Below, piece after piece: positions 38,142 to 50,521 of a DNA stretch of 64,000 bases (position 1 is the first letter of the stretch; each line of letters opens with the position of its first letter). A program made the position numbers and the translations under genes. The notes beneath the pieces were generated by a model that saw nothing but the letters and a program-made list of their open reading frames with translations, did not search any database and was not told the origin of the DNA. Origin of the DNA: Trichoplax adhaerens (lineage: Eukaryota; Animalia; Placozoa); the NCBI RefSeq assembly GCF_000150275.1, contig NW_002060944.1, positions 3,510,152-3,574,151 of the forward strand, given 5' to 3'.

Positions 38142-41100
38142 TTATCTTAATCTGCCAATATATCCGCCTATAATTCCCTCTCCAGAACAGCGATTAATAA
38201 ATGTAGTAGAAAACAAAGTAGAATTAAACAGATTGTACAGCGTTTTTCCTAGATTTCAGTGGAGCGCATCTGACTATATAGATAGTGTGATGACTTACCG
38301 CCAAATATTCTCCGCTGTATAAAAACGATAACAATATTAATTAATTTACATGTATTAATACGTTAGCTAACGAATGGCATTAGCTGTCGATTTTAGACTC
38401 TGTACTAGAAAATTATTGAAACTATTTACTAAATAAAGTAATTCACCAGCTTTCCCCTTACCCAATTTATATTTCCGCACCAAGTAGAATGACGATGGCG
38501 TGACCGGTAAGTGGTTGTTTTTGATTTATATTGACCATAAACAGTACTAATTCCACGATTAAAGAAAATGAATTATAAACAAGAAATGGAAGAATTCTCA
38601 TTGGTTATATGGCTAGAATTATGCTTCAATAGCTTTGATTAACTATTTTACTTATTTAATACGGCCAATTTACTCGTAATGATAATCGTACACTTGCGCA
38701 CGTAGAAATACTCACTGCAATATAGAAAATACCAATAGCGTGAACGCTACGCCAATAGCAATTGCTGGCAAAGTCCATGATGGATGCAATGGTACAACTT
38801 GATTTCCATGCCCTATAAATAGTACCAAGGAGAAAATTTAAATACGAGTCCTATACAGTAATGCATATAAACTGCTTTAATGTACAGTACAAATATACGT
38901 ATATACGAATATAATATACTGCGTATGATGCTTACTGCATTTCGCGGATGCTCAACATCAATTCAGCTGATAATCAATCATTATTACTAATATTATTACT
39001 AACTGAGGCTATAAAATATTCAATCGATTAATACAATGGTTAGGGGAATAAGCCTACATTCAAAGACAATCGGTTGACTTTGGGGACCATAAATGCCTGC
39101 ATCAGTCTTAGCTTGCATCTATATGTGTTGTAGGATAAAGGATTCTTTAGATCGATTGAAACGCAATGATGGATACAGAATGAAGAAGCAAAGACACACC
39201 TGTAGTATGTAAACATCCACTTTCGGGTTTGACTCCATGGAAGCATTAAATTCAAGCGTACCACCAGGTAATATATATTGATAGGTATATGGTCGGTCAT
39301 CGTTGCTTAAAGAATTGCCGACTTTCTTACGAAACATTGTATAGTTTAATATCTTATCTTTTACACAATCGATAGCCATGTTATTGCAGTATTTTAATGC
39401 CATCGTAAGATTAGCTAGCATAATTGGATGGATCATTATTCGATATCCGGTAATAACACCTCTTGTATGTTTTGGTGGTTCCCATCTTACATGAACACCA
39501 AAGGCTTTATCTATTTTGACCGATATTCGTTGAGGAGGATCCGCAGGAACTAAAATTCGCGAAAGTATACAATTAATTATTTATAAAGACCATTAATAAG
39601 ACTTTCATATTTTGGAAAAGTGTGATTATTTTTAGATTTGAGATTATATATAATTGTCATACTTCCAGGAGATGTTCGAATTTGCCTGATTGTACAAGAA
39701 GCTTTCTTTAATGCCATCTGATGTCCATCGTTGTTGTTAATTAGCAGCACAGGAATAACATCGATACGATAAATAGTGTAGGCTTGCACTTTTGTAAATA
39801 TAATTCTGTATTGTTTTGTTATATTGCCGTGCTTTTGGACAACAGTTTGACTATGTGGTATTTCATTTTTATTTTTTACTGCTTCGAGTGAAGTAAAGGA
39901 GACATTGTATTTTATAGCAGCAGTGTTTTCGATATGAAGTCCATTAAATTCTATTTCAACCGTATTCATCGTTACACGAATATGGTTTATTTCACATTCG
40001 GGTATGCCTTTTGTAAATAGAAATTGGAATAATACATAAGGTGAGTTTATGATAGCTTCTTCATCCTCTACAAAAATTTTTTATATGAAATTCGTCCGTA
40101 ATAATAGAAGATCGTCCCATCAATAGGTTAAAATTCGATCCAACTAAATGGATGTTCTTTAGATTTAATATAGCACTTCATAAAATTATTTCACTTACGG
40201 ATGCATTTATCGCTTCTAGCGATACTATCATAACCACAGTAGCAGTGGGTAGTAAAATTAAGAAAATTCTGCATTCCAGTTGGGCACCTGGCACATTTAT
40301 TATTTGAAACACTTGTCTTGTAATAGTTGAGCCGGCATTCTATATTACACAATTCAGATGAAAATATAAGACAGATAGAGATCGAAAACTATAATTACGA
40401 CTATTATATTTTCGGACATACGCTGACAGATATTATTTTGCAGCTCATGTCCGGCTTTGCAAGCACAGGATTGTAAATTTTGTGGTTTACTCCATGTTCC
40501 ATTTGGAAAGCAAGACATTATAGGTTGAACCTTGTCATCAACAAGTTGTGATTTACCAGTGCAACTGCCATTGCTGTAGGATACATTGGTGCCGGTCTGC
40601 TCTGTTGCAGCTGCTGGAAAATATACGTTGCCAATTTGTTTTGGATGACAAACTTTGTACCATACTTGTACATTTTGAATGATACTACATGAACCTTTCC
40701 CATCCAGAAATAGATACATTCCATTCATATTTTCTTGGACGGTTACAAATGCCGCAAATTTTCTATGTTGACCCAATAGTGATACTTTTCTTCCTTTTTG
40801 ATCGGCAAGTAAGCTACTTTCCTTAGCATGAATTATTTCTTCTAGATCTAATGTGTCTCTTATGCGGCTATATAATTCACTTTTCTAGTATTAAATGTAC
40901 GAGACCAAATTTAGTTTGTATGGTATTAGTTAACGAATAAAACTAACCTATTATAAATAATGCGCGTACATCAGTTCATATATTCGCGCGTAGATACTTG
41001 TATTTTTTAGCATCAAATACAATATAGCATTATCAAAAATTGAATAATTCTACACCTGAAAACACAAAATCTTTTCTAATCTTCGATCTGAAAAGTTGCA

Positions 41101-42221
41101 ATTTTATAAAGTACCGGTACCTAATGCAGTAGCTTACTAGAGGCTTAACTCTTAAGGCAAGTCACGTTGAAAGATATTTTCCTAATGTTGAATAGATGTA
41201 AGATCTAACGGTTAAGAACGAACCTCACAAAATTGGTTACCGATATTTTCTTGAAATTGTAGCCCGATGAAGTAAAGAAAGCTTGTACAATTTTTTGAAC
41301 GAATGGAGCAATTGCTTTTAGTCGAATACTCTATATTAACGTAGACTTTCTTTGCAACTCCAAAAGGAATATATGGAGAAATTAACCAAGCTCGTTGATG
41401 ATGACCTTGATAACATATGGTGTATTTGCCGACCGTTTCGTTAAGAAATTTTGTATAAGCCCACTAGAAATATAATGTTGAAATCTTTTCTTAAAAAGTG
41501 TAATAAACCTGCAGAACTACGACCTATAATGCTACCAACTCAGTTTTTATAGCATTAATTTTGTAAATATTACAATGTATATAGAGAGAGAATCTGTTGC
41601 AGTTTCTGTAGGTCAATCAAGACTATGCTATCGATTCTATCAAATACGGCACTTTAATTCTATATGATAATCGACAGTGCCCAGTGACTTTTATGTTTGA
41701 TGAATTTTTTATACTGCAAGGCTTGCAGTATCAAAATTGCGACGTAGCGATATCGGTATATGGACGTATGGTATATTGGCATAGGTATAAAATAGGTGAA
41801 TCGAGTTGTTATCATAGCAAACCGCAGATTGTTATCGACTTACATTTCCGAGATGACCAGGAGGGCTTGTGCATGATTTCCACCCAGGCCAGCCCAAATT
41901 TGCTGCTTGATATTTATTCGTATCGAGTAAAAGTTCTAGACATTAAAAAATTAAACAAATTGAAATGATAAAATTATAACAGCCTTCTAGCAATATGTCC
42001 TGGTCGTATATCAATCACAACTGAGGAAAGCAGAACGCCAAGATAAGATAGTTTAATCTAATCGTTGTTAGACCAGCAGTTCTTCCGTATAATTACTAAA
42101 CTGATTACTATATCGGCCAATGAATGCAATAACTTGAGTAACATCAAAGTTTACCTTTAGCAGCTAAGGTGTAAGAACTATGAACGAGCAGAAGATAGAA
42201 GAAAGCCGTAAAAGTCTTCAT
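38142..42221 (-). CDS. Eph-receptor-like type I membrane protein lacking a kinase domain (SP, Eph LBD, Cys-rich/EGF-like, 2x FN3, TM, short tail)
   Basis: Signal peptide MKTFTAFFYLLLVHSSYTLAAK. LBD: ELLLDTNKYQAANLGW..., YTICYQGHHQRAWLISPYIPFGVAKKVYVNIEYSTKSNC, GMYLFLDGKGSCSIIQNVQVWYKVC. Cys-rich region: GSC...CFPNGTW...CACKAGHE...C|ECRLNYYK...CARCP. Two FN3 domains (VHVRWEPPKHTRGVITGYRI). TM: TLPAIAIGVAFTLLVFSIL. The putative last exons end ...RRIFGGGYIGRLR* at 38142, and these 3' exons are tentative. Confidence 0.8.
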
Positions 42222-44089
42222 GCTTGACAGGAAATCAAATATGGCAGTACATCTAAGTTTTATAATGCTATAAATTACGGATTCAGTCCGAATTAAAATA
42301 AGCTATTTTTAGGTTATTTTAAACCCGCTTTTGTTACCGAATTGGTCACCATGCGTTATTTTAATGGCTCTGAAAGTATTTATGACGTAACATGCTAAAT
42401 AACATATTGATCTATTCCTCTGATGAATTACAATTAGGGTAATGCAATTAGGTTTTGTAAATTAGATTCAATTTCATAGTTTTCGTATTCTATCGGCTAC
42501 CATTATGATAGAATTTGAGTAGACCACTACAGCTGCAACGGTTCAATATTTAGAAACTTGATTTATCGTTGACGGCACAGTTATTGATCGACAAAGAGGA
42601 AAGCGCATCGCGTCTATGGTATACGCGAACGTAAGCGTATATTATTCTAGGCTACATGACATATCTAGCGATGAATATTTACTACAATTTAGTTTGCAAT
42701 AACTTATGAATAAACTAAAAATTATGTAGGTTAGGTTTCTTTTCGATTGAATTATTATTCGTTTAATTTTGTACAGCCATTATAAGGCAATAATGAACAG
42801 TGCAAAGGGGAAGTAACGATATGTTATGTTGTCATATCTTTATTTTCCTGTCAAGGGCTGTTGATGTACGTAATTGACGTTCGGAGAACTTTATTATGGG
42901 TAAACTTATCAAATGCGTTCGAATATCGCATGTCGTAATGAATACTCTCTAAGTTAAATAATATTCGCATGTAACAATTAGTTCAATTATATTCGTATAA
43001 ATCAATTTATGCTTATCTATATAAGACAGTAATGAAAATAATACTGGCGCATGGCGCTAGAATACTATCGATAATAGCTAAAGAACTTAAATGGAAGCGC
43101 AAGGCTGATATTATTACCGCATTATCCATTAGTCTAGACTATTTGTAAGTGCATTTGCACTAAAATGGATAGAGGGTGCCGCATACTCAGTATAGCTCAA
43201 AGAAGCAGAGATGGATAAGTATGCTTATTATCTCATAGTGCCATACGAGTATAAAGCATGATAGGAATAAGGTCCGTGAGCTACTTCTGTCTGTTTCTCA
43301 ATTTTCTTCACATATGAAGTTGTTCTCTAAACAAATTGCCTATCTACTGAGTCGCACCTCTTCCCATAGTTTAGGTCTAGCCTGCAGTTAGGAGCTATCG
43401 ATACTCATTGCATAGCGCAGAGAGTAAGATCGAGCAAAGCGAGTGATGGCGGAGAGGTTTATAAAGAGTGTTCTATATATACAGTCAGAAATATTAAGAT
43501 CTAAATGGAGATAGTGTCCCTGTGGCTAATTGAGTTAATGTTTTAGAAGTCTAGTAACTACGTAGTAACACCATGGCGCGATTACTCATGGAGTATACAA
43601 AAGAGGGGTATTCATTTTCGTCTTGAGTAAAGTTTAAATAGGAAATTTAAAATATATTTTGGACAATTATATTTGTGACTATTTATATGCCTGTAATTAC
43701 ATCAACAAAGCCTCAATTTGTAGACTATGCACATAAAAAGCAATTTACGCAACAGTTTTGAGCAATAAAGTTGATATTTCTGCTTACTGATTATACAGTA
43801 TACTTTTTGTAAAGAAAGACTAAGATATATTTCTCTCTAACCTAGTGAATTCGTTTTGAAACGTGCCTATATGAGAATTGAAATGCAAGACGTTACACAA
43901 TTTTAAAATTAAAATTTATAACATAAATTTGAAGTTGCTTAAAGTTAACTAAAGGTGAATTGCAGATGATGATTACGACTCCAAGACGACTTGATTAATC
44001 ATAATTGATTGATTGATTGATTATTTATTTATTGAAGGGCACGCTCCAAATCAGGGATAGCTTGACTTCAATCATAATGGATAGGGTAC

Positions 44090-44925
44090 CTCTCGAATAG
44101 ATACTCTAACCCACACAGAACTTTAATGAAGTATTCAAAAAGCATGTTATAAAATCAGATCTAGCATCTCTCGAATAGCTACTCTAAACACTCGCATACC
44201 GCTTTCATTCCAGCCACTACAAGTACTGGTCGAACTAGAGATACTCGGAGTGCCATATACGATAGTTGTGCTTAATAGCTTAGCAAAGTGTATACCATAA
44301 ATCACGCATCCCTGATTTCAATCATGTTATAAAATCAGATCATGCACCTCTCGAATAGCTACTCTAAACACTCGCATACCGCTTTCATTCCAGTCATTGC
44401 AATTACTGGTCGAATCCCTCTCCTCTCTAGTGATACTTGGAGTGCCAAATCCGATACTTGATATAGCTTACAATCTTCAAAGTGTATGCTATAAATCACG
44501 CATTCCTTGACTTTAATCATGTTCTAAAATCAGATCTAGCACCTACTCTAAACACTCGCATACCGCTTTCATTCCAGTCATTACAATTATTGATCGAATC
44601 CCTCTCCTCCCTAGTGATACTTGGAGTGGCATACAAGATACTTGTGCTTAATAGCTTACAATCTTCAAAATATATGCTAGAAATCACGCATCCCTTGATT
44701 TCAATCATGTTTTAAAATCAGTCATGACTTAAAATCAGATCATGCACCTCTGGAATAGCTACTCTAGACACTCGCATACCGCTTTCATTCCAGTCATTAC
44801 AAGTACCGGTCGAACCCCTCTCCTCCCTAGTGATACTCGGAGTGGCATATACGATACTTGTGCTTAATAGCTTACAATCTTCAAAGTGTAAGCTAGAAAT
44901 CATGCATCCTTCGACTTCAATCAGA
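44090..44925. repeat. Tandem array, about 4 degenerate units of 180-205 bp
   Basis: ctactctaaacactcgcataccgctttcattccag recurs near 44178, 44359, 44543 and 44759. A (TGAT)n(TTTA)n microsatellite precedes it at about 44004-44033. Confidence 0.92.
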
Positions 44926-45322
44926 ATGATTATTTTATATTTCGATGAGTACTAGCAAACAATTAACGGTATTATTTTTGGGCAGTGTAACATTATGATC
45001 TTATATAGAAGATGCCTAGTATAGTAATATCCTAATATACGAATGCTTATCATATACCATTTAAGTACTGATTTGCATTACATTTATAATGTACGACATC
45101 ATGACGACATATAGACGACATTATCTCAATCTCATCCAAAACCTATAAATACCCTTGCAAGCTAACTCGTTAGTCAGTTCCTACGTTCCTGCTATCTCAA
45201 ATACCTTATTTATAACAATCATATCATTGTTAGCCTATAACTTGTATCTCAATAAAATCCTTTATACCTGCTATCATCGTCTACCTTAAAATACTCTACG
45301 CTACTTAAAGAAGAATTATTAC

Positions 45323-46338
45323 AGACAGTGTTGCCTTAACCTATGGTAGCGGGCCATTAGTCTAGTTTGTGTTCTTTATTTTACATTAGCCTAGGTGTTC
45401 TACTTTGCCGGGAAAGTAGCCGGCTCGCGGTAGCGGATTCAAAGTCAACAAACTAGAGTACCCAATACAAGTACTACACTTCGACATACGTTACCAATAA
45501 AGGGACAGCAACAATTAACAGTATTATTTTTGGACAGTGCTGCCTTAACCTACGATAGCGGGCCATTAATCTCGTTTGTGTTCTTTATTGCACATTAGCC
45601 TAGGTGTTCTACTTTGCCGGGAAAGTAGCCGGCTCGCGGTAGCGGATTCAAAGTCAACAAACCAGAGTACCCGATACAAGTACTACACTTAGACATACGT
45701 TACCAATAAAGGGACAGCAACAATGAACAGTATTATTTTTGGACAGTGCTGCCTTAACCTACGATAGCGGGCCATTAATCTCGTTTGTGTTCTTTATTTC
45801 ACATTAGCCTAGGTGTTCTACTTTGCCGGGAAAGTGCAAGGCTCGCGGTAGCGGATTCAAAGTCAACAAACTAGAGTAACCAATACAAGTACCACACTTA
45901 GACATACGTTACCAATAAAGGGACAGCAACAATGAACAGTATTATTTTTGGACAGTGCTGCCTTAACCTACGATAGCGGGCCATTAATCTCGTTTGTGTT
46001 CTTTATTTCACATTAGCCTAGGTGTTCTACTTTGCCGGGAAAGTGCAAGGCTCGCGGTAGCAGATTCAAAGTCAACAAACTAGAGTAACCAATACAAGTA
46101 CCACACTTAGACATACGTTATCAATAAAGGGACAGCAACAATGAACAGTATTATTTTTGGACAGTGCTGCCTTAACCTACGATAGCGGGCCATTAATCTC
46201 GTTTATGTTCTTTATTTCACATTAGCCTAGGTGTTCTACTTTGCCGGGAAAGTGCAAGGCTCGCGGTAGCGGATTCAAAGTCAACAAACTAGAGTACCCA
46301 ATACGAGTACTACACTTGGACATACGTTACCAACACAG
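45323..46338. repeat. Highly homogeneous tandem array, about 4.9 units of 209 bp
   Basis: Unit start (g/a)gacagtgYtgccttaacc at 45323, 45532, 45741, 45950 and 46159, an exact 209-bp period. Confidence 0.97.
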
Positions 46339-46369
46339 GGGTAAAAGGTAAAATGGGTTCAACTACCAT

Positions 46370-46620
46370 ACAGTACCGTATGTTCAACTGGGGACTAGTC
46401 CACGATTTTGGGGGGTTTTTATTCCTCTTGTGTAAGCCAAGTGTTATCAAGTCTTGTTTGAGCCATCGTACGAGCAGAACGAGGTCGTTGAATGACGCAT
46501 GCGCATTTCAGCTCGTCCACTCCATAATACAGTAATCGGAATCGACTGCTGTCCGTAAATTGACGCACAGTACAGTACACTGTCGACTACAGTACACTAT
46601 ACTGTAGTGTACAGTACAAA
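46370..46620. promoter_or_regulatory. CAGTA cluster upstream of the SLC27 gene
   Basis: cacagtacagtacactgt, tacagtacactatactgtagtgtacagtac at 46566-46617. Confidence 0.5.
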
Positions 46621-46846
46621 AAGAAACACTGTCACTTTCATCTCTGTCCAAGGGCTGTAAGCCATTTCGGCCATTTTCTCCCCATTGACAGCCATTCCTT
46701 TTTTTTATTAATAAAAGCTTAATCTAAAAACGAAATTGCCATTGGATGGTGGAATATTGTTGACGAGTGCGATATCAATTTATTTTCTAAAGGTCAATCC
46801 AATTTTTCGTTAGGGATCCTATCGTAATACGAAAATTAGCTTGATC

Positions 46847-49800
46847 ATGTTTTCAGCCATTGCAAGTTACTTTCAAGATCGTCCACTTTTGAAGGTATCG
46901 ACTATTGCTGCTCCGGTGCTCTTAGCACATCAATGGTGCCAGTCTTCGTGCTTGTCTTTAACTTGTTTAGGTTTCTCGTTGTATATTTTTACTGGTGGTT
47001 GGAAGACATTATGGATTGCATATATGACAATAGGAAGAGACGCAAGGTAAGCTTTGCCAACACTTCTCCAACCGAGATTCGGACAGTGTTTTAGTCTACA
47101 TCCTATTGACCTCTTTCAAAACTTTCACTCCTTGACTCATGGAGAAATTTTTTTTGCTATTCCTCTACGTTGACGACGATCATCTAATTTTTTTTTTTTG
47201 CAATAAAAGTGACGTAAGTGTGGCCAATTTGTCCATATACCTTTTGACTGGACATTGTCCATTAAATTGAATTAATCATATCATTTTTATTGATAACTGT
47301 AAAACGCCGCAAAGTATCAAAAGATTCTTTTCATGATAGTTTATTAGTGATACCAGTAAAAAATTTCTTTATCTCATGATGAAATTCATCACTTTTGTAC
47401 ACCTAGAAACATTCAACAATATCGACAATATGGCATTAAAAGCATTGTATTGTAAACTCTGTAAGTGATCGGTTAATTTTGCTTCCCTTATTAGCTGTGA
47501 TACTTGGCTCCCATTTCTGCTTAATTAATTAATTAATAAATATACCGTAATTAAAGTATTCGTGGGTTATTACATACTTTTTATAGATGGTTTAGTAAAC
47601 ATGGACAATACTGTAAACATAATTGGTTGAGTCAGCCGTGATCTTGCAGCACTGTTATAAACCAGATTGATTTGCAGATGATAACGATCCCAAAATGAGT
47701 TTGTTTTACAAATTGCCTTGACTATACTCAGTTGGTAAAATAGACTTTCTTAACTGGTTAAATGTATTGAGGATATAGGGCAAGCTACTGATGAATCAAG
47801 ATTTGGCTTCATTTGTAGCCATGCCAGATATCATCGTCGACCTATTTACTTTTTAGCTTTGCAGCTTTACCGCTTTCAATGAATTTACTTGAAGATTGAA
47901 TCCATTAAGATCTAAACTTCACTTATAACGCGTGATCTAAGTCATATTAAGGCATCTTGTACCACAAATGAGATATGTATTCTTAAAATATCTCTTTATG
48001 ATGAACTAAATTTCTTCAATATCTCTAAAACGTCGTTAATTTCTTCTCAATTATAATTATTGAATTAACAGGAATTATTATACCGGTAATTATAATATCG
48101 TATAATTCTTTTCGTATAGGGGGTTGTCATTTGTTATTCGCGGTCGCAGGAGAATACGTCAACTACGAGACAAGCATGCTATTATAGCAGATGTCTTTTT
48201 GGAGAACGTCAGAAAAGATCCTAACAGGATTGCCTTCTATTACGAAGACCGTAGCTACACGTTTCAAGAAGCTGAAGATATGACCAACCAAGTTGCCCGA
48301 TTCTTCAATAAGGTATTCAAAATTCAATTGAACCTATTATATTCATATTGATAATGATCATTTTATATCCATATGGCTATTTCAACAACTATCGTAACGA
48401 CATTAGAATATGGGATTAATAGCTTATCAGTTGTAATTGCAGTACTACTAGAATGGCGTCTAATGACGACTTCTAAGTAGGAAAGTAAACATGTATCTAG
48501 TAGAGTGCATAGTATAAACGTATGATGAAAGATGACTCTCTTTGACCAAGTTTGTAGCATTTTTTATAATTAACCTTTAGATGATCTTCATTTCACATTC
48601 TTATTCTTTATATTGGTATAACCAATTTCAGCTAGGTTATAAGAAGGGTGATGTTGTTGCATTATATATGGAATCGTGCCCAGAATTTGTCATGATTTGG
48701 TTAGGTTTATCCAAATTGGGCGTTGTAACAGCTTTACTGAATCATAATTTACGTGCAAAGTCTTTGGCCCACTGTGTTAACGTTTCTCAATGCAGAGCTG
48801 TCATCTTTAGTGGCGACTTAGTTGATGCTATTGTTGAGATTCGTGATGAATTAGATTCGGAAATGGCTTATTTTAGTTACCGTGAGCCAACAGCAATGGA
48901 CAATATACCACAATACCAGGAGCTAACTACTGCATTTAATGGCTGTTCAAAAGAACCCTTGAGAGTCGAATATGACAGACAGTTTACTGGTAAAATATTC
49001 TCTATTGTAGCAAGATAGTACGTTTATAATATAACTAATAGATTTATAATTACCTATGGATTAATCTCTTTGTGTTTTACATTCTTAAATTTTATTAGAT
49101 CGATTGATATATATTTATACATCTGGCACTACTGGCTTGCCGAAAGCATCTGTTATTTCAAATAGCAGGTAAGCCACTAGCGAATTATTGATATCTAACT
49201 ATATATGCATAGCATACGCGAATTAAGGGATCACTTATGATGGAGAATTTATAATTTACATTTGCAATGACCCTGTGTAGGTATTTCTTTGCTACTACTG
49301 GCGTAGCTAGTCTGTTAAATATTGACAGTAAAGATACTGTATACTGTGCACTGCCAATATACCATTCTGCCGGTGGAATGTTAGGCGTTGGTAGCTGCCT
49401 AATACATGGTGCCAGTTTGGCAATTCGCAAGAAATTTTCTGCCAGTCGATTTTGGGATGATTGCATTAAATATAACTGCACGGTAAGAGACGTGCTTTTG
49501 CCATTTTGTGAAATAGTTCTGAGAATTTCTTTACAGTAAAAATTGATATGACGATTGTCTATCATCACGATAGGTTATACAGTATATAGGAGAAACTTGC
49601 CGTTACCTTCTTGCTCAGCCAGAGAAGCCGGTAGACAAACGTCATAAAGTTCGACTTGCTTTTGGAAATGGTTTAAGACGGAACATATGGCACGAATTTA
49701 AAGATCGATTTCAAATTGAGCAAATTGGAGAATTTTATGGATCAACTGAGGGCAATGCAAACTTGATAAACATAGATAATACTCCTTTTTCCGTAGGTTT

Positions 49801-50521
49801 TAACTCCGCATTAATTCCATGGGTTTATCCAGTACAATTAGTTAAAGTTGATAAAGCTACTGGTAAACCAATTCGAGGTAGCAACGGCCTGTGCATTATG
49901 TGTAAACCAGGTGAACCAGGCGAACTTATGGGTCGGATTGTTCAGAAAGATTTATCACGCCATTTTGACGGATATGTTAACCAAGAAGCGACGAATAAGA
50001 AAATTGTTCGAGATGTGATGCGTAAAGGAGACTCATTTTTTGCAACTGGAGATATTTTAGTAAAGAATGAGCTTGGATATACTTTCTTTCTTGATCGAAC
50101 CGGCGATACTTATAGATGGAAAGGAGAAAACGTTTCAACTACTGAAGTAGAATCGACCATTTTATCAGTTGTTGGCTTTCGAGATGTAGCTGTTTATGGC
50201 GTTGAAGTTGGCAATTTAGAAGGAAAGGCTGGCATGGCAGCTGTTTCAGATCCTAATAATGATCTTGATATGGAACATTTAAATCAAAGTCTAAAAAAGT
50301 CATTACCACCATACGCTAGGCCCCTTTTTATTAGGTTACTGCTTGCAATCGACCAGACATCGACATTTAAACTAGCAAAGACAAGATTGAAAGCTGAAGG
50401 GTTTGATCCCAGTAAGGTTGATTCTGATAAATTATTCTATTTCAATAGTAGTGTAGGTCATTACCAAACTTTAGACGGAGAAATATATAAGGCTATTCAA
50501 TCAGGTTCGATCCGATTTTAG
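46847..50521 (+). CDS. Long-chain fatty acid transport protein / very-long-chain acyl-CoA synthetase (SLC27A1/A4-like, FATP)
   Basis: Hydrophobic N-terminal exon 46847-47046. AMP-binding motif YIYTSGTTGLPKA (near 49110-49148). QYIGETCRYLL, IGEFYGSTEGNAN, FATP motif FLDRTGDTYRWKGENVSTTEVE. Stop TAG at 50519-50521. Confidence 0.96.

Noticed and set aside
38935-38966. Possible 31-nt micro-exon in the Eph-like gene
   Set aside because: It would shift the frame and remove the TM helix. Direct splicing past it keeps the frame. It could give a soluble isoform, but nothing supports that.
45430-45450. tRNA-Gln-like anticodon arm (rc GACTTTGAATCC) in the 209-bp repeat
   Set aside because: Only 12 nt match. 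No acceptor stem, D-arm or T-arm could be built.
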